From: an uncultured Gemmatimonadales bacterium
GTDB taxonomy: Bacteria > Gemmatimonadota > Gemmatimonadetes > Gemmatimonadales > GWC2-71-9
Direction of reading: 5' to 3'
NCBI GenBank assembly: GCA_963842945.1
Contig: CAWJIM010000019.1
Coordinates: 640,001-704,000, forward strand
Length of the DNA stretch: 64,000 bases
Made by a program: the position numbers and the translations under genes. Each line of letters opens with the position of its first letter. Position 1 is the stretch's first letter. The notes beneath the pieces were generated by a model. That model did not search any database. It saw nothing but the letters and a program-made list of their open reading frames with translations, and had not been told where the DNA came from. Shown piece by piece: positions 1-9,811 of this stretch.

Positions 1-835
1 GGAGCTGGTCTTCTCGACCCACGTGGACACCGTCCCTCCCCACCTGCCGCTGGTGGAGGACGAGGTCGCGATCCGGGGAAGGGGCAGCTGCGACGCCAAG
101 GGCCTGGCGGCGGCGATGGTGGCGGCCGCGGAGCGGCTGGCCGCCGGGGGCGAGCGCCGGATCGGGCTCCTCTTCGTAGTCGGCGAGGAGAACGGGTCCG
201 ACGGCGCCCGCGCGGCGGCCGATTTCGGTCCCCGCGGCCGGTTTCTCATCAACGGCGAGCCGACCGAAAACCGCCTGTCCATCGGGCAAAAGGGCACGCT
301 TCGCGTGGACCTCACCGCGACCGGGCGGGCGGCCCACTCGGCCTATCCGGAGGATGGCTCCAGCGCGATCGCGGCGCTGCTGGACACCATCGAGCGGATC
401 CGCCGGATACCCCTGCCTCACGATGCCCTGCTCGGCCCTTCCACGCTGAACCTCGGTCTGATCGACGGCGGGGTCGCGCCCAACGTGATCCCACCATTCG
501 CATCCGCACAGCTCCTGGTGCGGACCGTCGAGCCGACCGGACCTCTCCGGGCGATGATCACCGAGCAGCTCGCACCCGGTGTCAGCGTCGCGTTTCCTGT
601 CGAGCTCCCCTTCCACAAGTCCGGCGGAGCGCCGCCCGGATGGGACACGACCGTCGTGCGTTACGCCAGCGACCTGCCCTTTCTCTCAGCCTGGGGCGAA
701 GGCTTCCAGATGGGCCCGGGCTCGATCCGTGTGGCCCACACAGCCAAGGAGCACATCCTCAAGGCCGACCTGCTGCGCGGGGTGGACCTCTACGTCCGCC
801 TGGCCGCCGACCTCCTCTCCCGCGAGGCGCCATGA
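1..835 (+). CDS. M20 family metallohydrolase (ArgE/DapE-like), 5' end outside window
   Basis: H-x-DTVPP, GRGSCDAKG, GEE, GEPT, GRAAHS and AHT motifs; first gene of the DAP operon. Confidence 0.85.
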   Translation, partial: ELVFSTHVDTVPPHLPLVEDEVAIRGRGSCDAKGLAAAMVAAAERLAAGGERRIGLLFVVGEENGSDGARAAADFGPRGRFLINGEPTENRLSIGQKGTLRVDLTATGRAAHSAYPEDGSSAIAALLDTIERIRRIPLPHDALLGPSTLNLGLIDGGVAPNVIPPFASAQLLVRTVEPTGPLRAMITEQLAPGVSVAFPVELPFHKSGGAPPGWDTTVVRYASDLPFLSAWGEGFQMGPGSIRVAHTAKEHILKADLLRGVDLYVRLAADLLSREAP

Positions 836-1893
836 GCGCGAAGATCCCGGTCTGCATCCTCGGCGCCACCGGCACGGTGGGCCAGAAGTTCGTGCGGCTC
901 CTGGCCGACCACCCCTGGTTCGAGATCGCCGCCGTGGCGGCGTCGTCCGCCAGCGCGGGCAAGCGCTTCGGCGACGTGGTGCGGTGGAGGGAGCAAAGCG
1001 ACCTGCCGCCCGCGATCGCGGATCTCACGATTGCCGAGTGCGCGCCGCCGCTCCCGGGGGCAGTGGCCTTCTCCGCGCTCGATGCCGAGGTGGCCGGGCC
1101 CATCGAGCAGGCCTTCGCCCGCGCGGGGGCGTACGTGGTCACCAACACCCGCACGCATCGCATGGAGCCGGACGTTCCACTCCTCATTCCCGAGGCCAAC
1201 GCCGATCACCTGGTACTGATCGACCGCCAGCGCGAGGCACGCGGGTGGAGCGGCGCCATCCTCGCCAACCCCAACTGTTCCACCGCGGCCCTCGCGCTCG
1301 CGCTCGCACCGCTGCACCGGGCCTTCACGATCGAGCGTCTGTTCGTCTCCACGATGCAGGCGGTGTCGGGCGCGGGGTACCCCGGAGTGCCTTCGCTCGA
1401 CGCGCTGGGCAACGTGATTCCTCATATCGGGGGCGAGGAGGAGAAGATCGAGCGCGAGAGCCGCAAGATCCTCGGCGCCCTCGGGCCCGTCGGCGTGGAG
1501 CCGGCCGACTTCGCGGTGAGCGCGCACACCAACCGGGTCGCGGTCATCGATGGACACCTGGAGACGGTCTCGGTCGGGTTCCGCCGGCGTGTTACGCCGG
1601 AAGACGCGATCGCGGTCCTGAAGGAGTTTCGCGGCTCGCCGTGCGTGGCCGGACTCCCTTCGTCGCCCAATCCGCCCGTCGAGGTGGACGCGCGCGCCGA
1701 CCGGCCGCAACCTCGCCTCGATCTCGATCGCGGGCGGGGGATGGCGGTGACGGTGGGCCGCATCCGGCCCTGCCCGATCCTCGATCTGCGCATGGTCGTT
1801 CTCGGCCACAACACCATCCGGGGCGCCGCGGGGCAGGCGGTCCAGATCGCCGAGCTGCTGGTGGCGGACGGTCGGCTGGGTCAGCGCACATGA
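832..1893 (+). CDS. asd: Aspartate-semialdehyde dehydrogenase (archaeal/eukaryote-like subtype)
   Basis: GATGTVGQ...LADHPWFEI, NPNCST, TMQAVSGAGYPG, GHNTIRGAAG; ATGA overlap with upstream stop. Confidence 0.95.
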   Translation: MSAKIPVCILGATGTVGQKFVRLLADHPWFEIAAVAASSASAGKRFGDVVRWREQSDLPPAIADLTIAECAPPLPGAVAFSALDAEVAGPIEQAFARAGAYVVTNTRTHRMEPDVPLLIPEANADHLVLIDRQREARGWSGAILANPNCSTAALALALAPLHRAFTIERLFVSTMQAVSGAGYPGVPSLDALGNVIPHIGGEEEKIERESRKILGALGPVGVEPADFAVSAHTNRVAVIDGHLETVSVGFRRRVTPEDAIAVLKEFRGSPCVAGLPSSPNPPVEVDARADRPQPRLDLDRGRGMAVTVGRIRPCPILDLRMVVLGHNTIRGAAGQAVQIAELLVADGRLGQRT

Positions 1894-1919
1894 TCGTCAG
1901 CAAGTTCTTCGGCGACTGA
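1890..1919 (+). pseudogene. lysC: 9-codon vestige resembling an aspartokinase N-terminus (MIVSKFFGD*)
   Basis: ATGA-coupled to asd stop; resembles the MIVxKFGG start of aspartokinases; lies between asd and dapB. Confidence 0.55.
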
Positions 1920-1962
1920 CCGCTGGCTCCCGCGGTTCTCATAACCCAGACCGATCCAACGA

Positions 1963-2658
1963 ATGCAGATCGTGATCGTAGGCAACGGCAGGATGGGACG
2001 CGCGGTGGCCGCGCTCGCAGCGGAGCGTGGCCATGCCGTGCGCGTCATCGGACGCGAGGAGAACGCGGGCGGCGCCGCGCTGACTCCCGAGCGGCTCGCC
2101 GGAGTGGACATCGCGATCGAGTTCACCCGGCCCGATGCCGTCGCCGGCAATCTCGAGCGGCTGATCGAGGCCGGTGTTCCGACCGTGACCGGCACGACCG
2201 GCTGGACTGCCGAGCTGCCCCGGATCGAGCGCCTGGTACGGAGTCGCGGGGGCGCGCTCCTCTACGCAGCAAACTTCTCGATCGGCGTGCACCTCTTTCT
2301 CCGCGCGGCGCGGGAGCTCGCCACGCTCTTCGCAAAGCGTCCGGAATTCGGCGCCTTTATACTGGAGGAGCATCACGCGGGGAAGCTCGACGCGCCGTCG
2401 GGCACCGCGGCGCTGCTGCGGGAGAAGGCTCGTGAGGCCGATCCAGCGCGCGAGTTTCCTATCACCTCGGTGCGCGCCGGCTTCATCCCCGGCACCCACC
2501 AGCTGACGTACGACGGACCGCACGAGAGCGTCTCCCTCAGCCACGTGGCCCGGAGTCGCGCCGGGTTCGCGGTTGGCGCGCTGGCGGCGGCGGAATGGCT
2601 GCCGGGCCGTCCCGGATTCCACAGTTTCGAGGCGATGCTGTTCGGAGGAGCCGGATGA
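1963..2658 (+). CDS. dapB: 4-hydroxy-tetrahydrodipicolinate reductase
   Basis: GNGRMG, GTTGW, NFSIGV, EEHHAGKLDAPSGTA. Confidence 0.95.
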   Translation: MQIVIVGNGRMGRAVAALAAERGHAVRVIGREENAGGAALTPERLAGVDIAIEFTRPDAVAGNLERLIEAGVPTVTGTTGWTAELPRIERLVRSRGGALLYAANFSIGVHLFLRAARELATLFAKRPEFGAFILEEHHAGKLDAPSGTAALLREKAREADPAREFPITSVRAGFIPGTHQLTYDGPHESVSLSHVARSRAGFAVGALAAAEWLPGRPGFHSFEAMLFGGAG

Positions 2659-3539
2659 CGCGTCTGCAGGGCTGCGGTACCGCGCTGGTCACGCCGTTCA
2701 CCGAGCGCGGCGAGGTGGACTACGCCGCGCTGCGCGCGCTGGTGGAGTGGCAGATCGCCGAGGGGATCGACTTTCTGGTGCCCTGCGGCTCCACCGGCGA
2801 GGCGCAGACGCTCGAGGACGCCGAGCGCGAGCGAGTCGTGGCGATGGTGGTGGAGACCGCCGCCGGCCGTGTTCCGGTGATGGCGGGCGCCAGCAGCAAC
2901 GACACCAGCCGCGCCGTGGCCGAGGCCCGCCGAATGTGCCGCGTCGGCGCCGACTACATCCTCACCGCGACACCCTACTACAACAAGCCCAGCCAGGGCG
3001 GACTCCACCGGCACTTCAGCGCCGTCGCCGACGCCTCCTCCAAGCCGATCTGCCTCTACAACGTACCGGGCCGCACGGCCGTGAATCTCCAGCCCGGGGT
3101 CACCCTGCAGCTCGCGGAGCACCCCAACGTCATGGGCATCAAGGAGGCGAGCGGCGACCTCGCGCAGATCATGCAGATCCTCCAGGGCCGCCCGGACGAC
3201 TTCAGCGTGCTCTCGGGCGACGACTGGCTCACGCTGGCCGTCATCGCGGCCGGTGGCGATGGCCTCGTCTCGGTCGCGTCGAACGAGCTGCCCGGCCAGA
3301 TGCGGGCCATGGTGGCCCTCCTGCTCTCTGGCGAGTTCGAGAAAGCCAGGGAGTGGCACTACCGCCTGCTCCCCTTGATGGAGGCGAATTTCCTGGAGAG
3401 CAACCCGGCCCCGGTGAAGGCGGCTCTCGCCCTCGCCGGCCGGATCAGCAACGAGCTGCGATTGCCGCTGGTGCCGGTCACCGAGAAAACCCGCGCGACA
3501 CTCGCCGCCGTGCTGAAGAAACTAGGGGTCGAGGTCTAG
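2655..3539 (+). CDS. dapA: 4-hydroxy-tetrahydrodipicolinate synthase
   Basis: ALVTPF, GSTGE, PYYNKP, LYNVPGRT, GIKEASG, SGDD. Confidence 0.95.
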   Translation: MTRLQGCGTALVTPFTERGEVDYAALRALVEWQIAEGIDFLVPCGSTGEAQTLEDAERERVVAMVVETAAGRVPVMAGASSNDTSRAVAEARRMCRVGADYILTATPYYNKPSQGGLHRHFSAVADASSKPICLYNVPGRTAVNLQPGVTLQLAEHPNVMGIKEASGDLAQIMQILQGRPDDFSVLSGDDWLTLAVIAAGGDGLVSVASNELPGQMRAMVALLLSGEFEKAREWHYRLLPLMEANFLESNPAPVKAALALAGRISNELRLPLVPVTEKTRATLAAVLKKLGVEV

Positions 3540-4388
3540 TGGTGGCCGATCCGAGGGCGCTACGGGCGGAGCTGGAGCGCTTCGCCGAGGAGGTTCCCTC
3601 GGGCCAGGAGCCTGCGGCGCTGGAGGCGTTCCGGGCACTCAAGGCGGAGCTCAACGCCGGCCGGGTGCGGGCGGCGGAGCGCGGCGCGGATGGCTCGCTG
3701 GCGAGCCAACGCATGGGTGAAGGCGGGCATCCTGCTGGGCTTCCGCCTGGGACAGGTCGGGCCGGCGGCCCCCGGCAGCCCCTTCCCCTTCTTCGACAAG
3801 GACACCTACCCGCTCCGCGCCCTCGGACCCCAGGACGGGGTACGGGTGGTGCCCGGTGGCTCCGCGATCCGGGATGGGTGCTATCTCGGCCGCGGCGTGG
3901 TGTGCATGCCGCCGATGTACGTGAACGTCGGCGCCTATGTGGACGACGGGACGATGATCGACAGCCACGCGCTGGTGGGCTCCTGCGCGCAGATCGGCAA
4001 GCGGGTCCACCTCTCGGCCGCGGCACAGATCGGCGGCGTGCTGGAGCCCGTGGGCGCGCTGCCGGTCGTGATCGAGGACGACGTGCTGGTGGGCGGGAAC
4101 TGCGGCGTATACGAGGGCACCGTGGTACGGGAGCGCGCGGTGCTGGCGCCAGGCACGATCCTCACCGGCGGCACGGTGGTGCTCGATCTGGTGCGCGACC
4201 GCACCTACCGCCGCGAGGAGGACCGCCCGCTCGAGATCCCCGCCGGCGCGGTGGTGGTGCCGGGGACCAGACCGGTGCGGAGCGGACCGGGCAAGGACGC
4301 GGGCGTCTCGCTGTACGCGCCGGTGATCGTGAAGTATCGCGACGAGAAGACGGACACGGCGGTTCGACTCGAGGAGCTGCTGCGCTGA
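3539..4388 (+). CDS. dapD: Tetrahydrodipicolinate N-succinyltransferase (frameshift near 3695)
   Basis: N-terminal [11 protein letters not shown]...[10 protein letters not shown] in one frame, then [34 protein letters not shown] in another. Confidence 0.9.
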
Positions 4389-4398
4389 TGGCGGAGCC

Positions 4399-4820
4399 AT
4401 GACCACCCACACCCACTATCTCTGGTTCGAGACCAAGAAGCGGCAGGAGATCATCGACATCACCGAGCAGGTCGCGGAGCAGGTGCGAGCCAGCGGCGTG
4501 CGCGAGGGGATGGTCCTGGTCTCGGCGATGCACATCAGCGCGTCGGTGTTCGTCAACGACCACGAATCCGGGCTCTGGCACGACATCCTGGAGTGGCTCG
4601 AAGGCACCATCGCGCCCTGGGACCCGGCGCGCTACCGGCACAACGAGACCGGCGAGGACAACGCCGCCGCGCACCTCGGAGCCTCACCGTCGGCCACGAG
4701 GTCATCGTGCCGATCACCGGCGGCAAGCTCGACTTCGGGCCCTGGCAGCGGGTGTTCTACGGGGAGTGGGACGGCCAGCGGCGGAAGCGGGTGATCATCA
4801 AGGTGATGGGGGAGCGCTGA
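4399..4820 (+). CDS. yjbQ: YjbQ/UPF0047 family protein (frameshift near 4680)
   Basis: [28 protein letters not shown], then [16 protein letters not shown]. Confidence 0.85.
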
Positions 4821-4827
4821 CGCGGGT

Positions 4828-7746
4828 CTAGGATTCGCCGGCCAGACGCGCCAAGGCCTCCCTCGCCTCGGTCACGTAGGGCTGCAACTGCGCATCCGCG
4901 TGCCGCCACGCGTCCGCGACATACTGGTAGTCACGTGACGCCTTCGCCCGATCGCCCACCCGTTCAGCCACCCGGGCGCGCTCCAGCGCCCAAAGCACCT
5001 GGCTGGGCACCTCGAGGTCGATGAGCCATCGGTCCAGGAGCCTTGTCGCTTTCTCGTCGTCGTGCCGGGCGGAGAGGAGCTGCACCAGAGTCAATCGCTC
5101 CAGGTAACAGACGACACACAGCGACTCCGGGAGCGACTCGAGACGCCGGATCGCGGCCGCGGTGTCGCGTCGCACCAGATCCAGATAAGCGAGCGCGGCG
5201 TCGTGCGTATAGGCCGCGATATCCCGGTCGACCCCTTTCGTCGTCGAGCGGGACACGGTGCCGCTGGTGCGTGCGAGCTGCCGAATCGAGGCGCTGTCCC
5301 CCTGTGCCGCCCACCAGGGCAGGGCGTGGGCCGCCGCGAGGACCGGGCCTGCCGACAGCCAGCGGTGGAACACGACGGCTGCGCTGTCCGGAGGCTCCGC
5401 GCTCAGGAGCGCCGCCTCCACCAAGTGTGGCGGTATGCTCCCCGGATTCTGAAAGAGAATCCTCGCCCCATCGTGGACATGGCCGCGCAACAGCAGGGCG
5501 GTCCCGACCCGGCGTTCCCTGTCTTGTTTTGTGACTCGACTCCACATCCTCGGCCGGGCTGGCCGCCAGTGCGCGCGCTACCGCGACTGCCGTTTCGCCC
5601 GGGTCCATGAAGTGTCGAAATGCCAGCCAGGGCATCGTCCAGCACATCCGGGCGAGGCGTCCCGCAGCAGGCTGCGGAACCCGCTGCGGCTGAGTGTCCC
5701 CCGCCTCCAGCACCTGCCCTATCAATTCCATCCCTGAAGCCGAGACCCCAGTCGGGCCGAGCGCGAGGTAAGTTCTCGCGTACCGCCGGGCTGCCTCGGG
5801 ACCCTCGAGCCACAGCGCAAGCTCCACGGGATGGATGTAGGCAGGAGCGAAGGAGGAATCGAGCGCGATGGCCCGGTCGAAGGCCTCGAGTGCCTGGCGG
5901 GGTGAGCTCCCGACTCGGCTGCCGAAGTGATAGCGCGCCTCCCCGAGGGTATACCACGACTCGACGTCGTCGGGGTAGCGGCTGGTGAGCTCCTGCGCGA
6001 CTGCATGGGCCCGACGGACGACGGACCATTCGACCAGCGGAATCGTCGCATAGACCGTCGAGTGCAGAGAGTCGGAAGTGACCAGCAGGCTGTCTCTCGG
6101 GGCCAGCCCATGATTCAGCGCGCCGGCCCGCAACTTGAGTCGTAGGGAGAGCGGGTCGAAGGCCGAACGCTGCCAGCCCAGCACCTGCCCGGCGCGCCTG
6201 AGGGCGAGTGGAAACGTGCTGTCCAGCGCGATGGCGTGCTCGTAGTAGGCGAGGGCGGAGTCCCAGGCCGCCCGTCGGAACCATTGCTCGCCCTGAAGGA
6301 AAGCCTTGAGCGCCGGCAGCGAGGTCGCCCCCAGCGAGGTCGTTCGGAACACCTCGTTCCGCCGAGTGCGACCCAGCTCCCGGAGCAGCTTCACCGTGAG
6401 CGAGTCGGTCAGCCGATCCATGCGGTCGGCCGCATCGCGAAGCTCGAGCTCGGCGATCGGACGCTGTTCCTCGACGTCGAGTGCCGTCACGGTGAGCCGC
6501 ACCGAATCCGGACCGGTACCGATCAGACTCCCGAACACGAGGAGACCCGCGCGGGTGCGCTGGCCCAGTGCCATGGCGGACGGCAGGTCGGCCCGACCTC
6601 TCCACCGCCGGATCACCGTGGTCGGCGGCACGGTCCGCAGCGGGCCGGCGCCATCCAGGCTCCGGGACAGGAGGTCCACCAGACCCTCACGCCAGAGCGA
6701 GAGTCTCGGATCGGGCACATCGAATGGCGCGACGGCGATCAAATTGGTATCCAGCGGGGGAGCCTCCCCCCTTGCCGGGCGATGAAAAATCCGGCCAGGA
6801 CGACCCCGAGTCCGATGCCCACGGTTAGGAGCGCCTGGGAGCGGGGCCTCGAGCGCGACGGCACAGGCGCGGGTGTCACCTGCGTCGTGACGCCCGTCTC
6901 TCCCAAGGCACCGAGCGCCTCGAGCGCATGAACCAGCTCCTCCGCACTCTGCGGCCGATCGGCTGGTCGCTTCTCGAGACAACGCATGATCAAACTGGCG
7001 AGTGCCGGCGGGACGCTGGTCCGTGCGTGGGTCAACGGCGGGGGCGCCTGGGTGAGCTGTGCGGCGACGATCGCCTGGGGCGATGCGCCGAGGAACGGGG
7101 GACGGCCCGCCAGCATCTCGTAGCCCAGGACACCGAGAGCGTAGATGTCGGCGCGCTGGTCGGTGTGAGGATCCCCGGCTGCTTGCTCGGGCGCCATGTA
7201 GGTCGGGGTGCCGAGCGCGAGGCCGGTGGCAGTCACGGCCGTCGCGGGCCCCGCTTCGTCGAGCGCCTTGGCAACTCCGAAGTCGGTCACCAGGGCATGA
7301 TGCTCGGACAGTAGGACGTTGCCGGGCTTGATGTCGCGATGGACGAGGCCGTGCCGATGGGCATAGCTCAGCGCATCCGAGACGTCGCGCAGGATTCGCA
7401 GGGACTCCGCGACGGGAAGCTCGCCCTGACGTGCGAGTCTCGCTCGGAGGGACTCTCCCTCAACCAGGGGCATGGTGTAGTACAGCAGGCCGCCGGCCTG
7501 TCCTGCGCTGAGAAGCGGAACGATATGGGGGTGCTGGAGGGAGGCCGCGAGGTGGACCTCGCGATGGAAGCGGTCGGTGTTCACGCCGGCCGCGAGCTCC
7601 GGGGGAAGGACCTTGACCACCACCTTCCGCCCCAGCCCGGTCTCCTCGGCTATGAACACACGGCTCATCCCGCCGCCACCCAGCTCGCGCACGAGCAGGT
7701 AGCGGTCGGCCAGGGCGGCCCGGAGGTGATCGGAGAGGTCCGTCAG
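4828..7746 (-). CDS. Hanks-type Ser/Thr protein kinase with TM segment and TolB-N/TPR-like C-terminus (several frameshifts; start approximate)
   Basis: ELGGGGMSRVF, HRDIKPGN, DFGVAK, GTPTYMAPE (ORF 6739-7692); continues in ORFs 4964-6982 and 4828-5547. Confidence 0.85.
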
Positions 7747-7823
7747 GCTGAGGACTCGAGAGGGATACGCTGTAGGCTACTGCGGTGGTCCGCGGGCGGC
7801 CAGTGAGGCGCCCCCATGACGGC

Positions 7824-8192
7824 TCAGAGCGGCACCATCCCTCGGCGCATCCCCTCCCGCACCGCCTCCATTCTCCCGTGCACTCCCAGCTTGGCGAAGA
7901 TCGCCTCCAAGTGATGCTTCACGGTGGACCGACTGACGCCGAGCCGCCCTCCGATCATCCGGTTATCCAGTCCCTCGGCGGCGAGGGCGAGCACCTCGAG
8001 CTCTCGCGCCGTGAGCCTGTCGTGCGTCGCGGTCGGCAGCGACATCGGAACCGGCGTCGGCTCCGCCTCCCGGCACACGACATCGGCCTCGGCCTCGGAC
8101 CCGACGAGCCTGACCGACGCGTCAGTGCGAAGCGCTCGGATCAGCGCCGCGCGGCGCTCGGGATCCCGCACGGCGACCCATACCCTGATCAC
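7824..8192 (-). CDS. LuxR/NarL-type HTH regulator with degenerate receiver domain
   Basis: LTARELEVLALAAEGLDNRMIGGRLGVSRSTVKHHL. Confidence 0.85.
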   Translation of the reverse strand: MIRVWVAVRDPERRAALIRALRTDASVRLVGSEAEADVVCREAEPTPVPMSLPTATHDRLTARELEVLALAAEGLDNRMIGGRLGVSRSTVKHHLEAIFAKLGVHGRMEAVREGMRRGMVPL

Positions 8193-8797
8193 GCCGGGAT
8201 GGCTTCGCTCCCGGCCTGCAGCAGTGCCCGGATGTCCGGGACCGGAACGGCCAGCGCGAGCCCTCCGAAGACCATCGTGTTGATGCCGATCACCCGCCCC
8301 TGGATGTCCACCAGCGGTCCGCCGGAATTCCCGGGGGCGAGCATGATGTCAGCCTGAATCCAGGACAGCTTGTGTGAGCGCGGGGTCATCTCCCACGCGC
8401 CGCGCAAGTGACCCATTGAATGCACGATGCCGGCGGTGACCGCGTTGGCCAGTCCGAGCGGGTGACCGATCGCAAGGACGAGCTGCCCCGGGCGCACCGT
8501 CGCGGTGTCGCCCAGGGTTGCGGGGGAGAGGTCACGCGAAGCGGCGGACGGGAGCGCGAGCAGGGCGAGGTCGCGACGATCGTCCGACCGCTCGATCGTC
8601 GCCTGGTACGCCGTCCGACGATGGCTCAGGATCCGCAGCCGGTTACCCGTCGCGCCACGAGCGACGTGCGCGTTGGTCACGACCACCAGCTCTCCGCCGC
8701 GCGAGAGGACCACGCCGGCTCCGCCCGAGCTGCCGGGCAGCACCTGCACCACGCTCCCTCGTACCGCCGCGGCGATCACGTCCAGGTTAGTGTCCAC
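8189..8797 (-). CDS. Trypsin-like serine protease (S1C, no PDZ)
   Basis: TNAHV, DLALL, PGNSGGPL catalytic triad motifs. Confidence 0.85.
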   Translation of the reverse strand: MDTNLDVIAAAVRGSVVQVLPGSSGGAGVVLSRGGELVVVTNAHVARGATGNRLRILSHRRTAYQATIERSDDRRDLALLALPSAASRDLSPATLGDTATVRPGQLVLAIGHPLGLANAVTAGIVHSMGHLRGAWEMTPRSHKLSWIQADIMLAPGNSGGPLVDIQGRVIGINTMVFGGLALAVPVPDIRALLQAGSEAIPA

Positions 8798-9710
8798 GCG
8801 GCCGCTCCCCGATCAGAACTTCAACCTGCTCCAGACGGCCTCCGCGCACCAGCTCCAGGGGAAGCGTGCGGCCGACCGTATCGCCGTCCAGCGCCTTGAG
8901 CACGTCTTCCGGCTCCGCGACCGGTCTTCCGGCGATCGCCATGATCACGTCTCCCACGAGCAGGCCTCCCGCGGCCGATGGGCCGTCCGGCTCGATCGAC
9001 ACGACGAGCAGTGCCCCACCCCGATCCAGGCCGAGTCGGGAGCGGAGCTGCTGCTGCAGCTCTACCGGCTGCATGGTGGCGCCGAGATAGCCGCGGCGGA
9101 CGTAGCCGCGACTCGCGAGCTGCCCGATCACCCGGTTCACGGTCTCGGCCGGCAGCGTGGTCGCATAGGGCCGACTCAGGCGGCCGGAGTTGATGCCGAG
9201 CACCTGCCCGGACGGATCGACGAGGGGGCCTCCGCCGAACCCGGGATAGAGGTTGACGTCGCTCAGGATCAGCCGGTCGATCTCACCCCCTCCCCAGGGA
9301 CGCCAGGCGCCACCGACCACGCTGACGGCGCCGAAGGCGGCACGCGCACCCGTATCGTCCAGCCGTGCCAGCGCGAGGACAAGATTCCCCGGTCTGAGCG
9401 CGCCGGCGTCTCCAAGGGTCGCCACCGACAGGACTCCGGTTGCGACTCTGAGCACGGCCACATCGGTGGACGGATCGCGCCCCTGGAGTGAGGCCTCGAT
9501 TCGCTTGCCGCTCGGCAGGGTCACCGTGATGTCACGGTCGCGACGGACGGTGCCGTTGGTGGTCACCACCAGGCCGTCTCGCCAGTGCACACCCGTGGAG
9601 GCCAGTTGGGGCCGGGCATGTACCGCGACGATGCTCTCGGCCCCGCGCTCGACGGCGCCGGCGAGCTGGTTGGACAGGTCGATCAGAGTCTGCGACTGTG
9701 GCTGCGACAT
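8787..9710 (-). CDS. S1C protease-like protein with PDZ domain, probably catalytically inactive
   Basis: GRDPSTDVAVL and RRGYLG PDZ; TTNGTV and PGFGGGPL replace the catalytic His and Ser. Confidence 0.8.
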   Translation of the reverse strand: MSQPQSQTLIDLSNQLAGAVERGAESIVAVHARPQLASTGVHWRDGLVVTTNGTVRRDRDITVTLPSGKRIEASLQGRDPSTDVAVLRVATGVLSVATLGDAGALRPGNLVLALARLDDTGARAAFGAVSVVGGAWRPWGGGEIDRLILSDVNLYPGFGGGPLVDPSGQVLGINSGRLSRPYATTLPAETVNRVIGQLASRGYVRRGYLGATMQPVELQQQLRSRLGLDRGGALLVVSIEPDGPSAAGGLLVGDVIMAIAGRPVAEPEDVLKALDGDTVGRTLPLELVRGGRLEQVEVLIGERPRGH

Positions 9711-9787
9711 ACGTCTGCTCCCGCGAGGATCTTATCACCATGCCTTCGGTGTTGATCCAAGGATATCGCGGGGCGTCGGAGGGCGAA

Positions 9788-9803
9788 TCGGCCAGGTGGC
9801 CGA
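9788..9803. promoter_or_regulatory. Perfect 7-2-7 palindrome, candidate NarL/LuxR operator
   Basis: TCGGCCA-GG-TGGCCGA about 80 bp upstream of the protease-protease-LuxR operon. Confidence 0.5.
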
Positions 9804-9811
9804 GGAGGGGC

